A stretch of DNA of 64,000 nucleotides from Cenococcum geophilum (Eukaryota): contig CP158635.1 in assembly GCA_050273025.1 (NCBI GenBank), positions 33,356,001-33,420,000 of the forward strand. Direction: 5' to 3'. Positions within the stretch are counted from its first letter, which is position 1. Each line of letters opens with the position of its first letter. Both the position numbers and the translations under genes were made by a program. The notes below the pieces were generated by a model, which made no database searches, was not told the DNA's origin, and saw only the letters and a list, made by a program, of their open reading frames with translations. Of the stretch, positions 35,760 to 48,900 are shown piece by piece.

Positions 35760-36430
35760 ATAGTTAAGGCAGTTTTTTAGAAGCCTTCCTAAAAGTTACC
35801 CTAGCCGACGGCCCAATCGTAATATAATATTAATATTACTTTGCCCTAGTAATGTAAGCGGTTTAGATTGATTCTAAAGTCTAAAATTTAAATTAAACCT
35901 TTAATATGGCTGCTTTGCCTAAAGGTATAGAATATCACTATACTTACGTATCCGAGTTAGGTAATTCTTTTCCTTAACGTTCTTAGTTCGTTTTACTTAG
36001 CTATACCTCCTTATTATAATAGACGCGATATATATTATACGGTAGCTCCTAGATAGCTAGGGGATTAGGTAAGTCTTTCTTTATATTTATAGTGATATAA
36101 AATAAGATCTAATTTAGCTTTATGGCTTAAAACGGCTTAATATAGGCGTAGTGTTTCCTAAATTCTAAACTATTGGTTAAACGTCCTGTAAAAGCGATAT
36201 ATGCCTTAATAGCATTAGTGTGCTTAGAAGGGTCCCAACTAGTAAAATTATTTACTTAAAGTCTAAGAATTATACGTTTTGGCTAGCGTTTAGCACTAAG
36301 GAGATTTAATATTATATAATATATAGATTAGGAGGTACTGGCCTCTAGTTATTTAGGATTTTAAGTAGTTAGAAGTATAGGGAAATTGCTTAGCCGTTAA
36401 AAGCGTTAGCTATCTTATATATATTATTAT
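35760..36430 (-). repeat. Cassette gene A, copy 3 (with deletions)
   Basis: Aligns to 26570-27290. Confidence 0.85.
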
Positions 36431-37474
36431 AGCTAAGCTAAATAAACTAACTATTAGCATAGGTTATATAACCCCTTTATTAATTTAAGGTATAAATAAT
36501 CTATATATTTAGATACTAGAATTTAAACCCCTACTAAGTTAGCTTTTAATTAGTTAAAAAAAAACTTATATATAATAAGTTATAGTAAAATCTATATAAT
36601 AAATATTAAAATATTATAAAGTATAAGTAGTCTATACTTTTAAAATGCTATATATTAAGCTTTAATAAAGCCCTATAAAAGCTCTATATAAAGCTCTATT
36701 AAAGCTCTATATAAAGCTCTATTAAAGCTTTATATAAGCCTTTACCTAAAGCTTACCCTTTATTATAAAATAGCCCTTATAGTATAATATAATAAAAGTA
36801 TATTTTAATAAAATAATACTATCTAGTAGTAATTAAGGCACTTTAGCTTTATTATTACTTTTAAAAGCTTTATAAAGGGGTTTAAGAAGTCTTTTTTTAG
36901 AAAGCCTTATATATATAATAATATTAATTAGATTTTATATTACTTTTAAATTAAGCCTAACTTAAATAGGGTACTTTAGTTACTATAATAGATCTTTTTA
37001 ATAAAATAATATTACTTAATAATAAATAAAGTAAAAGCTCTATAAAGAGGGGTTTTAAGGGGTTTCTTTTAAAAAACCTTATATATATATATTAATATAT
37101 TAATTAAACTTTATATATAAGGCTCTAAGTTAAAGCTTTTAAACTTAGATTAAAGTTTATATAAAATACCTAATATTTTATATATTTAGTGCTATTATAA
37201 AAGTTATTTATAACTCTAGTTAAGGTTATTAGAACTTAATAAAATAAGCTAATAAATTAAAATAGAAAATTAATATAAAATATAGTATATTTACTTTTAT
37301 ACTTATAGACTAAGTAATAAATCTTTTTAAATAGTTTTTTTTTTTGTAAATATTATATATTATTTTACCTTTTAAGCCTATTTCCTAAGGTATTATAATA
37401 TAGGAGGTATATTAATTATTGCCTTCTTATACTTTAGGACCTATAATACTACTACTATTTTTTTAATTAATATT

Positions 37475-38330
37475 AGAGACAGCTTAAGATATTTAAGAAT
37501 TTCTCTTCCTAGTATTTACGTATATTGCTAATAATCTTCTTAAGGTATCGCAATATCTGGATCTTATTCGCGATTCTTATACTGCCCTAGGCGTGCAGAT
37601 AATCCCTAATAATGTTGTTAAATACGGAATTAGAATAGAACCCCAATACGGATTTTAAGTAGAGGATAATAAACTTATACTAAAGGTATATCTATACAAG
37701 GCGGAGTTAGAATATAATGCTAATAAAAGAAAGGGAAAATATAAAAAGAACAATATAAAATCCAAATATAGGAAATTGGACATAGATGGGGAGCTGGAAG
37801 CTCCTACGCAAGATCCGTTGTTACCTATTGTTAATAAGTTGGCCTAAAAGGATAATAGGCTAATGGATAAAGAGTAGATGGGTCCTTTAACTAATTTGGA
37901 GATTGGTAAGGATTAGTCTTAGTATAGGGGGGCGGGCGCCTGTTATGCGGGTGCCGGGCCAAAACATCTATGGTATTATTAGTGGGATTATATAGAGAAG
38001 GGCCTTTTATTTGGACAGACTTATAAAGGCCTAAAAATGATTGATAAAGAGGAACTTATATATGATTTTTGGGACTAGGTAAATCTTTCTTAAATAATTT
38101 TATAAATAATTTTTAAGATATAGAGGCGTTTATAAACACTTCGTAGAACTATTAAATAAGGAAGTTCGTAATAACTAAAATAGCCCTTTCCCTAAAAAAC
38201 ACGTATTGGCTTATAAAATTTCTACCCTAAGGCAAAATATGCAAATAGACGTTAGATGAAAGTTGATCTTTAATAACATTAGATATAGGTTTAATATATA
38301 TACTATGTCTACTTCCCCTAGACACCATTA
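37475..38330 (+). pseudogene. Hypothetical protein fragment embedded between cassette pieces
   Basis: One frame reads about 150 codons with only RIP-type stops (…YLDLIRDSYTALGVQIIP..VVKYGIR.EPQYGF…). No family recognised. Confidence 0.4.
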
Positions 38331-38449
38331 AAGGGCAAGTATTTAAAGGTAGTATAGGTGGGAATAAATAAACTAATTAAAAGTCTTATTATTTAGTGAA
38401 GAATTTAGTATAACGCTTAATTAATTAAGCGTATAATAAGAAGGTTAAT

Positions 38450-39660
38450 ATGTAATCCACTTATAGGTATATAAACTTCTTAGTTAGGGCGTATAAGAGC
38501 TACTAAATATCTAATATAATAATAGGGATAGAGATGACTATAATCCTGGTAATAATAGCAACGTTACTTATATATTTTAAAGAGAATAAATTAGAGTAAG
38601 ATTTAGGCGGTATTAAGAAGGATAGTATGGCCTTAGTAGGGTGCTTATAAGGACTAAGGCCGCATTATATAAATAGTTTATATTACTGCTGCCTGATAAG
38701 GCGCTACCTTAGTAGTATTATACAACACTGGACTATATGGCATTGGGGGTAGGGAAGTACTACTTATTTTAAAAAAACATAGGCCAGCTATTAAGGCGTT
38801 AGCTAAGCTGAGGGATTGCTACCTTAATAAAGGTCTGAAATGGTATTATAGACGGTAAAGGTAAATAGTAATATAGAGAGTAGATAGCAAATTAAGGTAG
38901 TTTTTTAAAAGCCTTTCTAAAAGTCCCCTTAGCTAGCGGCTTAACCGTAGTATAATATTGATTTATTACTTTGCCCTAGTAATATAAGTGGTTTAAATAG
39001 GTTTTAGAATAAGGCCAAAACTGGTTTAAAATCCGAATCTAACCTTTAATATGGCTGCTTTGCTTAAGGGTATAAAATATTACTATACTTGCGTATCTAA
39101 GTTAGGTAATTCTTTTCCTTAATAACGTTCTGAATTTGTTTTATTTAGCTATATACTAAGTTAGCTAATTTATAAAAGAGGGAATACTAGCCTTATAACT
39201 TTCCCTCCTTATTATAATAGACGCGATATATCTTATATAGTAGCTCCTAGATAATTAGGGGGTTGGGCGTGTTTTTTTCTATATCTATAGTAATATAGAA
39301 TAAGATCTGGTTTATATCTAGGGCTTAAAACGGCTTAATATGGGTATGGTGTTTCTAGAATTCTAAATTATTAGTTAAACGTCCTATAAAGGCGAGATAT
39401 GCCTTAATGGTATTGATATACTTGGAATAGTCCCGACTAATAAATTTGTTTACTTAAAGTCTAAAAATTATACGTTTTGGCTAGCGTTTAGTACTAGGGG
39501 GTTTAGCACTAGAGGCGTTTAATATTATGTGGTTTAAGGATTTTAGGGGTTAAAGTGTAGGGAAATTGCTTAGCTATTATAAGCTTCGGCTATATACGCT
39601 ATTACGGCCTAGCTAAGCAGCAACCAATAGAAGATCTAGGTAGTGGTAATGCTTAAGAGG
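38450..39660 (-). repeat. Cassette copy 4, rearranged (part of B precedes A on the + strand)
   Basis: 38453-38780 matches 27960-28295; 38813-39650 matches 26493-27360. Confidence 0.85.
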
Positions 39661-40435
39661 AATCTGTTTTACTATTTCTTGCTATAGCGCAACTTATAGA
39701 AAATATGGATACTTTTATAAACCTTAACTAAGTACTTACTAAGTGGTAATATATAAGGTAATATTTAGAAAGCCTTTTAAGAAATAGTTTTGGTATATAA
39801 CGTTATCTAATAAAGGCGTATATAAAGTAAAGTTCCTAAAAGTCTATAAGGCGCGTAGGCTTAAGCGTTACGTATTACGCAAATAGGCTAGCGCGTAACC
39901 CCGGGATTTTCGCTAAACTACTTTATAAGCGTATAGCGCAACATTTATATATAAATATCGCAATCCTATACCCAATTCACACGGTATATTTATAGAAATT
40001 TATAACTTAAATAAATAAAAAAGCTAAAGGCTTGGCAATTATATAAGCTCGCTAGTCTAAATTAAAATCTTAAGAGGTCTATAAACCTAAACTTCTAAAT
40101 CTTTAACCACTTTTAACTTAAATTTGCATTCTTTAAGTTAACTAATTTAGCCATTCCTAACCCAGCATTTTGGATTTTAGATTTTAGATTTTGGATTCTA
40201 TTATTTAAGTAACCGTTTATACTGCTAATACTATACTTTTAGCCTAATACGCGTCTAGGCGGCTTTATGCCGTATCTGCTCTAGCCACTTTAGTCTTTTT
40301 TAGAAGCCTTTTTAGATTTCCTCTTATAAGTCTCACTGGACCCTTGCCTTTTTTATTATTATTAAGGCTGCGCGTAATACTAACCGTGGATAGATTAAGC
40401 TGTAAAGTTGGTTAAATTACACTTAGTTAATTAAG

Positions 40436-43400
40436 ATGGATAATAACTTAGCGGACGGTATTAACTCGCCCCGCGATCCTAATACGGCTATACCTACTAC
40501 TAAGAATAAATACGTAAGCCTAGTGGCTTCCTTAATAGTATTAAGCACGTTACCACCAGAGGAATATTTACAGAAGCCTTTTATAAATAGTCCTCTACCT
40601 AAAACTACAACGTTATCACTATTACTAGCACGCTCTCTTTTCGCGCCGCCGTTAGACCTATAGTAGGATTTTAACAAAGTACTCGGCGGCATCAACAATT
40701 CAATAATAGATACTACTAGAGCAATTACTGTAGGCGGTAACGCGGTAGCTACTAATCCTGCTGATTTAAATACGGATAGCGCAGACTCCCTTTAGGATTT
40801 TAACCCAAAGGATATTAAAACTATAGTAAAAGTACTAGATACTAAAGAGGGTAAGGACGCTAATATCGCTAAAAGCTTACCTAAACTGGCTAACTTCTGT
40901 AATCTCTCCGCCTAAGAACTAAGCCACATTATAGAGAACGAACCATTTATATTTATATTTAAGGCTATTAATAAAGCCGTCTTCCAGCTAGCTTATAAGG
41001 TGTCTATACGCACGCAGAAACCTTAGCCCTATATATTTGACCTAAAAACGGTCGTTTATATACTGTTTATAGGAGAGTGTTATAGCAACTAGAAGTTCTC
41101 TAATTCCTAGTTAGGAAAATAGGACGGATAGAGCTCTATTAATTACTACGCCAATTTTCTGTATAAAATGAGATAAACCTTCTACTTTAGGAAAGGAGGA
41201 TTTCTCTTTAGTAAAGGCCTAACTAAGGATATAGCTAACTAGCGTATCTGGTTGATTTTTAAGCGCGCTAATATATATAATGCTCCTTTTAGGGTTATAA
41301 AACATAAGCATAAAGTAAATAAGCGTAAGCTTAAGGGTTTAGAAAATAATACCCTAGGTAAGAGGTGACTGTGTACTAGGAAGAAGACTTCTAGGAAGCC
41401 TTCTAACAAAAACCTAAGCGGTACCTTTAATAATGCCTTACCGGCGGACAGTAACGATAACTATAATAAAGAAGAACTGGATATGGTAGACCCGCAATTA
41501 ATAATTAAGGATATAGCCGTTAGTCCGGTAATATTCAATATAGGCAATAATAATAATAACTACGTCCGCGGGTTAATGAAGCTTAAACTGCCCCCCGAGT
41601 TTCGCTAAGTGGTAAACTATAAATACTAATACTAGTAATATGCCTATATGCGCTAGCTTACGAAGATATATTATAAAGTAATAGCCGTTACCGAGCGGAT
41701 ATAGTTAGGACTTGACAACGCCGCGGCCGTAAGGATAGATGGGTTAGGTATAGCAGATAGCTAGGTATAAGTTATAGAGGATAATACTACTAAGGAAGAT
41801 AATAACGATAAAGACCTTAATAGGGCCGACGATATAGTTTGTATAGGCTAGCCTACGGTAAAGGATCTTAAAAACCTAGCTGAGTTAAGTAAGCTAATAA
41901 ATAACGCTAAATACTAATAGGATAATATTAAAGAGTCTATACAAAACCTTTGGATTAAAGATTAATATAAACCCCGTCTCCTTCGCCAGTTATTATTAAC
42001 GCCGCTCCGCTGGTAGCAGCTTATTAGGATAAATACTATTATAGACGCACGCGAGCATAGGAAGATATAGGGAATAATACTAGCGGATATTATTGGTCTA
42101 GGTAAGACTTTTTAGCTCGCCGGCTATATGTTATATATAAGTCGCTACTACTACCTATACTAAAGGAGACTTTCTAGAAGGCTTTTTAAAATTGTTCTTA
42201 TTTGCTAACTAGCTCTTAGATAATTAATAAGTAGGAAAAGGCGTTTCGCCGCGCTACCGAAAAACGTAATACTGCTACGCTTAAAGTAATTGGTCCAGCA
42301 AAGCCATTCCTAGTAGTTGTCCCGCTTATACTTATTAAATAGTGGATTAAAGAGCTGTAGCGATTTTTACCTATTTTTAATATCTAGGTATATTATAACA
42401 AATTATTAACCTAAAAATCCGCCGCTGCTAATATCTAGTGTCGAAACGAAATCCTTATATAAAAGCATAAACTGTTTAACGGCAATCGCGCTAATATACG
42501 CGTTATCATTATTAGTACGTACGGTACTATTGCATCGCGTTATAGCCTAAGCGCACTTAAGAAGTGGCGTAAGAAAACCTATAGGGTAACATTTAAGGCG
42601 AGGGGGTTAGTGCATTAGCCCATTAACTGGTTTAAGATACTAGACAGGAAATGGCCTAGGGATCTCTTAGGTTAATAGTATAGCATTCTGCTTAATAAAG
42701 CTTATTACGTAAGGAATAACGATTTCCTAGCGTATATTGCCATTAAGTTTATAGATTGTCCTTTTACCGTACTTTATAGCGCTACCCCGCTATTTACGGG
42801 TATTAGGGACAACTTTGGCCTGGCGGCGCTAATTAAGCCTTAACCAAAGCTTAACTTCCTAATTAGAACTCCTAATAGCGCCATCTTTAAGAAGAACGAC
42901 AACCCCTTTAAGGTGGCGGACGATTACCTAGTAGCTATACTGCAACTAACCTTAGCGTTATTTACTGCGTTCGTCCTTAATCTAAAAGATAGCGTTAAGT
43001 AGGGCCGTAGGCTTAAGCAGATTTAGTCGTAATATCTTATATATCGGCGGTATACGTCGTCCTATCCTATTAGTTTTACCTAAAATATAATTAGCTAGGC
43101 GCTCCCTCGCTATAAGAGTATCGTTTTTAACCTTAACAATCCGCTAACGGCTTAAGCTGTCTATAATATATTCGCGGAAGCCTTTTTTAAAAAGCTTATA
43201 GTAACGGACACTACTTATATAGGGGATAGTCGCGTTGTTATAAACACTAATAGCTACTGCGCGCTTATGCTAATGTCTACTTAGCCTATACTAACGCTTT
43301 CTTACTTAGCTATAAATCTACCTAAGAAGAGTAAGAAGGGCTGGTTAAAGAACCCTTATATAATCTATACCATTTTTAAATAAATAGTAAAGTCCCTAGA

Positions 43401-44620
43401 GCTTCCTACAGCTATATAGCCGTATAACGTCCTACTAGCGTCTAATATTCTACCGCTTATTAGGGCTGTTCTATAATACTTATCCCGGTTAAGCGCCCTA
43501 GTCGCTAATATAGCCAACTAGGTTATTAAATATAAGGAAAAGGTAATTGTCTAATTACTATACCCGCTAGAGTAGCTGATTATCCGCGAGATATTTATAT
43601 CTTTTAGCATTAATACCTATATGCTAGCCTCCAACCTCACTTAGGGCTAGAAATCCAATCTTATTAAAAATTTTAACTTGCTAGATATCTACTAGGTCCT
43701 AATCGCCAGCTATATAGTAAATAGTGCTAGTCTAAACTTGTAGTAAAGCTGCTATAATGTCTACCTGTTTAACCTAGCGCCTAGCGTAAATATATAAGAG
43801 TAAGTAATTAGGCGCATGTATTGATTGGGATAGCCCTATAAGGTTATAGTTATTAAATACTACGTACGGCGGACGTTTAATAAAAAGGTAGTAAATACCT
43901 AGATCCTTCGCGCCCTTCCTAGTCTAATAGCTATAATTAATAAAGATTAAGTTTCTAAAACCTATATATATAATTACATAACGCCTAAGCTAGAGAACGT
44001 CCTTAATTTAATATCCCTAAAAGGTTTCTACCTAGACAATAAAGGGAAACTATAGTATTTATTAAATCCTAATATCCTATAAGAGCTGCTAGATAAACCC
44101 CTATTTAAACCTAAGGAAGTTCTAATCTAGTTCTTTATAACTTAACGCGGCCGCTAGGCTGTCTAATATGGAGGTTTTAGTAAAGCCTTTTAGGAAAACC
44201 TCTATTTAACCGTAAAATCTAATCTAGAAGTCTAATTGGAAATAGAAGACGATAAGGATAAATATTTTAAGCGTAAGCTAAGAGCATTAAGACGTAAGCG
44301 TAAGGCTACGCCTAGTAAGGTTAAAGACGACAAAGATATAGGTTTTAATACTAGTACGGCGTCCATAATAGCTATACGGAAGACGCGCTTATGCGCGGTA
44401 GGCAAAAAACCTATTAAGGCTATTAGCCCTAAGGTGCGAGCTAAGAAGGCGCCTATTATTAAGACTAAAGCTAGTAAACTAAAAATATTATAGGCTAAGT
44501 AGCAAAATACTAGGCCCGCTACTTCTGCTACTACTACGGCATCCTTTAGCAAAAACCTATAAAAGCGCGCTAAGGTCGACCTAAATGTTAGTAGAATGAC
44601 CGCCCCTAATAATAAGTACG
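40436..44620 (+). pseudogene. SNF2/SWI2-family helicase/ATPase relic with an acidic N-terminal region and a basic C-terminal tail
   Basis: LAD..GLGKT (~42080-42110); probable intron ~42138-42219 (RIPped GTAAGT...GCTAAC...TAG); KPFLVVVP...QW..EL.RF (~42301-42366); LLDEAH (~42688-42705); SATP (42778); AGLNLQQ.CHNVHLFDP......EQAIGR..RLGQ (~43725-43835). ORFs 40436-40663 and 44236-44493 are surviving pieces. Confidence 0.85.
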
Positions 44621-45706
44621 TATAGTCCTATTTGCCCAATACCGTAATTACTAATTAGACTTTTATTAGAAGGCTTCCTAGATAAGTCTATATTAGTATT
44701 TTTATAAGTCTTTATAATTTCCTATATTCTCTACTACTGGAATCCCTACCTAGATTAGGTTTCCACTAAGCATCTTTCTTTAATAGGGTTGGTATTACTA
44801 TCTTCCTACTTAGATACTGATTTCCTATTAGCCTACTCTTAGCTTCGCTCTTATACTAACCGCTAGTATTAGCGCGCTAGATTTTTAGTCTTATTGCCTC
44901 CTTATAAATAACCGTAATAGCCTCTAGTTAGCTTTTTAGAAAGGCTTCCTACATTTCTTCCTTACTCCGGTTAAATCTCTTAGGCGTTATTTTAATAGCC
45001 ATCCTTTTATATTCCTTTTTAACAGTGCACTATCTAAATGTTTCCTTTTTTACTTCCCTATCTTACATTCTTACTTTTCTACTTTCTTACTCTAGTATCT
45101 AGTGCTAATACCTCTAGGACCTTAAAATTGCTTAGTTAACTAATAGACCTATTTACTCCTAGTAGCGTTAGCTAAAATCCTTTTATAAAAGGCTCCTAAT
45201 AAAGCACTAACTAATCTATGCTCTAGTACTTATTTACTAGCGTATATCCCTACTTAAACTTTAGTTATTACCACCACCAGCCCCCCTATATAGAAGAGGT
45301 AGTTAGTAATATAAAGACTTCTACCTTAATTAATAACTGTATAAGTAATACCCATTTTGTCTTATGCACTTAATATACTATAAGAAACATTTGTCCGTTA
45401 TTAGCAGCTTGCGTTAACTAGCTATTATACTTACGTGCTTCTATACTGTATTAGTATCTATAGTATATATCCGTTGCTTTATAACTAACGCTTATAGGTA
45501 TATTCTAGAAGGCTTTCTAAAAAGCTCTCTAGCGTTATCGCGGTAATATTATCTAAGTAGATATTAACTATTTAGCCGTACTACTAGGTATAGAGAGATG
45601 TATAAGTATATACTATACTAATCTAGCCTATTACCTAGAGTAAAGCCTATAAATATTATAGTATCTAGGACCATGACCATTTGTTACTATTATACTTAAC
45701 TATTAC

Positions 45707-45941
45707 TATTAGCGACTTAGTTAATTAAGGCACGAGTATGGCAAGAGGGACGCGTAAGCCTATATAATTAGTAGTCTATAAATAAGGATCTAAAGCTAGA
45801 GAAAGGAAAGGAGAAGAAGAGCAGCGCTAGTCAAAGTAGGGTTCTTTTATACGGTCCTCTAGTTACGTAACCGCGAAGTTTTACTAAGTTCTGCTAAGTT
45901 CTACTAGTTAAGTTCTGCCAAGTTTTACTAGTGCCGTAATA
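45707..45941 (-). repeat. 3' LTR
   Basis: TATTAGCGAC...GTGCCGTAATA (RIPped TGTT...AACA), adjacent to the PPT. Confidence 0.92.
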
Positions 45942-48900
45942 TTACCCCCCCCTCTATAAAAGCCTGCCCTTAGGCTTTATAGTCTATATTATACTTATAG
46001 GGCGTTCTTATCTTTATATTCTTCTAGTAGCTTATTGTCTTCGCTATACTAGCACTCCATTTACTTATCTAGGTACTTTAGGGGTCCTAGTTTATTAGGG
46101 TAGCAGTTATAGAATTTTTAAAGCTTATAGGGACTGCTAATAAAGTTCTATATAGGGTACTAGGTAGGATCTGGGTTATAGCCTTTTTAACTAACGCGGT
46201 ACTTTAGCGTTTTCCTTACTAGTTTATAGGCTAGTACTTCTTTAATTTCCTATTTATTATCGCCATTAACTTAAATTAGTAGGGGAGGTTCGTTCTTTTA
46301 TTTAGGTAATAGGTCGTTTATAGCTTTCCGTAGTTTATTTAGCGAGAAAATAGGGTAAACCTTAATTAAATCCGGGAGCTTTACTTTATATAAGTTACCT
46401 ATCTTCTTAAGGACCTTATACGGTCCCGCTATCTAATAGTTTAGCTTATAGCTAGGCTGTTCCGTCTTTTAGTTCTTTATTATAACCTAGACTATATTAC
46501 CTACGGTAAAGTCGGGTTCGCGCCTATACTTATTTGCCTACTATTCCATTAATTTTTAAGCCTTTTCTAGATTTATACGGGCTACCGTCTAGGCTTCCTT
46601 ATAAGATAGTTTCTTATATATAGTCTATAGTCCTTCTAGTCTATCCTAGTTAAAGCTTATTTAGGGTAAATACCCTATTTCTAGTTAAATAGGTGCAAAT
46701 CCCGTAGAGTTATAGGGTAGGGTTGCCTAGGCGTAGTCTATTAGGGGTAGTAGTTTACCCTAGTTATTTTAGAAGTAGTTAATAAAAGGCTAAAGTCTCT
46801 AATTTAAATATTAATTTATAATCTTTATCTAGCTATTTATCTAGGGGTAGTATACTATAAAGAGCTTTAGCCTAATACTTAGGATTTAGGTAAACTTGTT
46901 CTAAAAGGCTAATATAAATTATAGGCCGTAATTAGATATAATAGTATTTAATAGTCTATAAATATAGTAGACATAGTAAATATATAGTTAGGCCGCCTCC
47001 TTAATATTAATATTCTTATAATAGGGAATTAAGAATAGGCGCTTACTAAAGCGGTTAACTAGAATTATAACTATATTATATCTATTATGGTCTATTAATA
47101 GCTTATAAAAGTTTATAGAGATATACTACTAGGGGCGGTTAGGTATTAGAAGAGGTTTTAATAGTTCTAGGGTTTTATCTTATAGAATTATAGATCTATA
47201 GTAGCTGTTATAGTTCCGTATATAATAGTTAATATCTATAACTATTTTAGGCTAGTAGTAGCGGTTACTAATAATCTTATAGGTTTTATTTTTTTTAGGG
47301 TAGGCTATAGAGACCTAGGTATAAGCTTTAGTAATAAGCTAGGTTTATAAGTTCTATTCCTTAGCTACTACTAGCTGTTTTTAGTGCTTAAGTAGTCTAT
47401 TTTTAAGGAACTATAGGCTGGTAATATTCTTTACCTTTTTATAGTATTCCTATAGAGAGGGGGTTATTTAGTTGGCCTATAGTAGTTTATTAATAAGGTT
47501 AAGTTTAGAGGAGTTAATAAAATATATCTTAGCGCCTAAGGAGTCTATACTTAGTTCTACCTATATTTAGGGGTTAAGGTATTTTAGTTATAGTAGCGTC
47601 TAAATTTATAGTAAGATCTTTATAGCCGTCTAATTATCTAGGTCTTACTTATACCTTATAAGAGCGTCCACACAGTTTATAGCGCCTAATCTATATATAA
47701 TTAAGAAGTTAAATTAAGATAGGGTATTTGCCTAGTATACTTGCTAAGCTATAAGGGCCTTAGTTATTATAAAGTATTCTAAGGCCTTATAATTTAAAAC
47801 TACCTTAATTAGCTTAGGGGTCCCCTTTAGCTATATATACTAGTACTAAAAGCTAAAGATAATAGCTAGCATTTCTTTATTATAGATATAGTAATTTAGC
47901 TTAGTATCTATTATAGTCTTTAAATAGTATATAATAGGGTGCTACTTTCTGTCTAGTTACTTCTAGGAAAAAATACTAGCTATTACGCCGTTTAAGGTAT
48001 TAGTTTTTAGTATTAAGGGCTGTTTTAGGTTAAAATAAATAAGTAGGGGAGCTAATACCAGCCGTTTCTTAAGCTTATTAAAGGCCTGCCTATATATAGC
48101 ATTAAAGTAAAAGGGCTAGTCTTTTCTAATAAAATAGTTAAGAGGCTAGGTAATCCTACTATAATTTTTAATAAAGCGTTAATAGAAGTTATAAAACCCT
48201 AAAAAGGATTATACCCCCTTTACAGTCTATAGGGGTGCCTACTAGTTAATTACGGCCGTTTTTTTTAGGTTAGTTTTAATTCTATTTATACTAATAATAA
48301 AACCTAGATACTTTATATACTTAATACTAAACTCTAACTTTTTAATATTAACCTAGAGGCTAGCCTTATAGAGCTATTATAGGACTTTATAGACGTACTC
48401 CTTATATTCTAGCTTATTCTTAGAGTAGATTATAATATTATTTAAATAGGCTGTATAGAAATTGTTAAGGTAGTTAAAGAGTATATTATTTATATACCAC
48501 TAGTACGTAGCTAGTCCGTTAGTTAATTTAAAAGGGAGTACTTTATATTTATATATTCCGTAATAGGTCTAAAATATAATAAGATCTTTAGACCTAGGGT
48601 TTATCTTAATTTAGTAAAAGGCCTAGCGAATATTAAGCTTTATAAAGACCTTAGCTCTACTTATTTAGGCTAGAGTCTTATTAAGTAGAGGTAGTAGATA
48701 GCGATCCTTATAGGTTATATTATTTAGCTTATAGTAATTAATATAGAAGTAGAGTCCTTTATTTAGCTTTTTAATAAAGAGAATAGGTAAGATAAAAGGG
48801 GCTTAGCTAGGCTTAATAAAGCCCTTATTTAGGTTATTAATAAGATACTACTTTATAGCCTATAATTTAATAATAAACTATTTATAAAGGGGGCTAAAGC

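Noticed and set aside
40423..44552. Minus-strand ORFs 40423-40698 and 44232-44552
   Set aside because: They are antisense shadows of the SNF2 relic.
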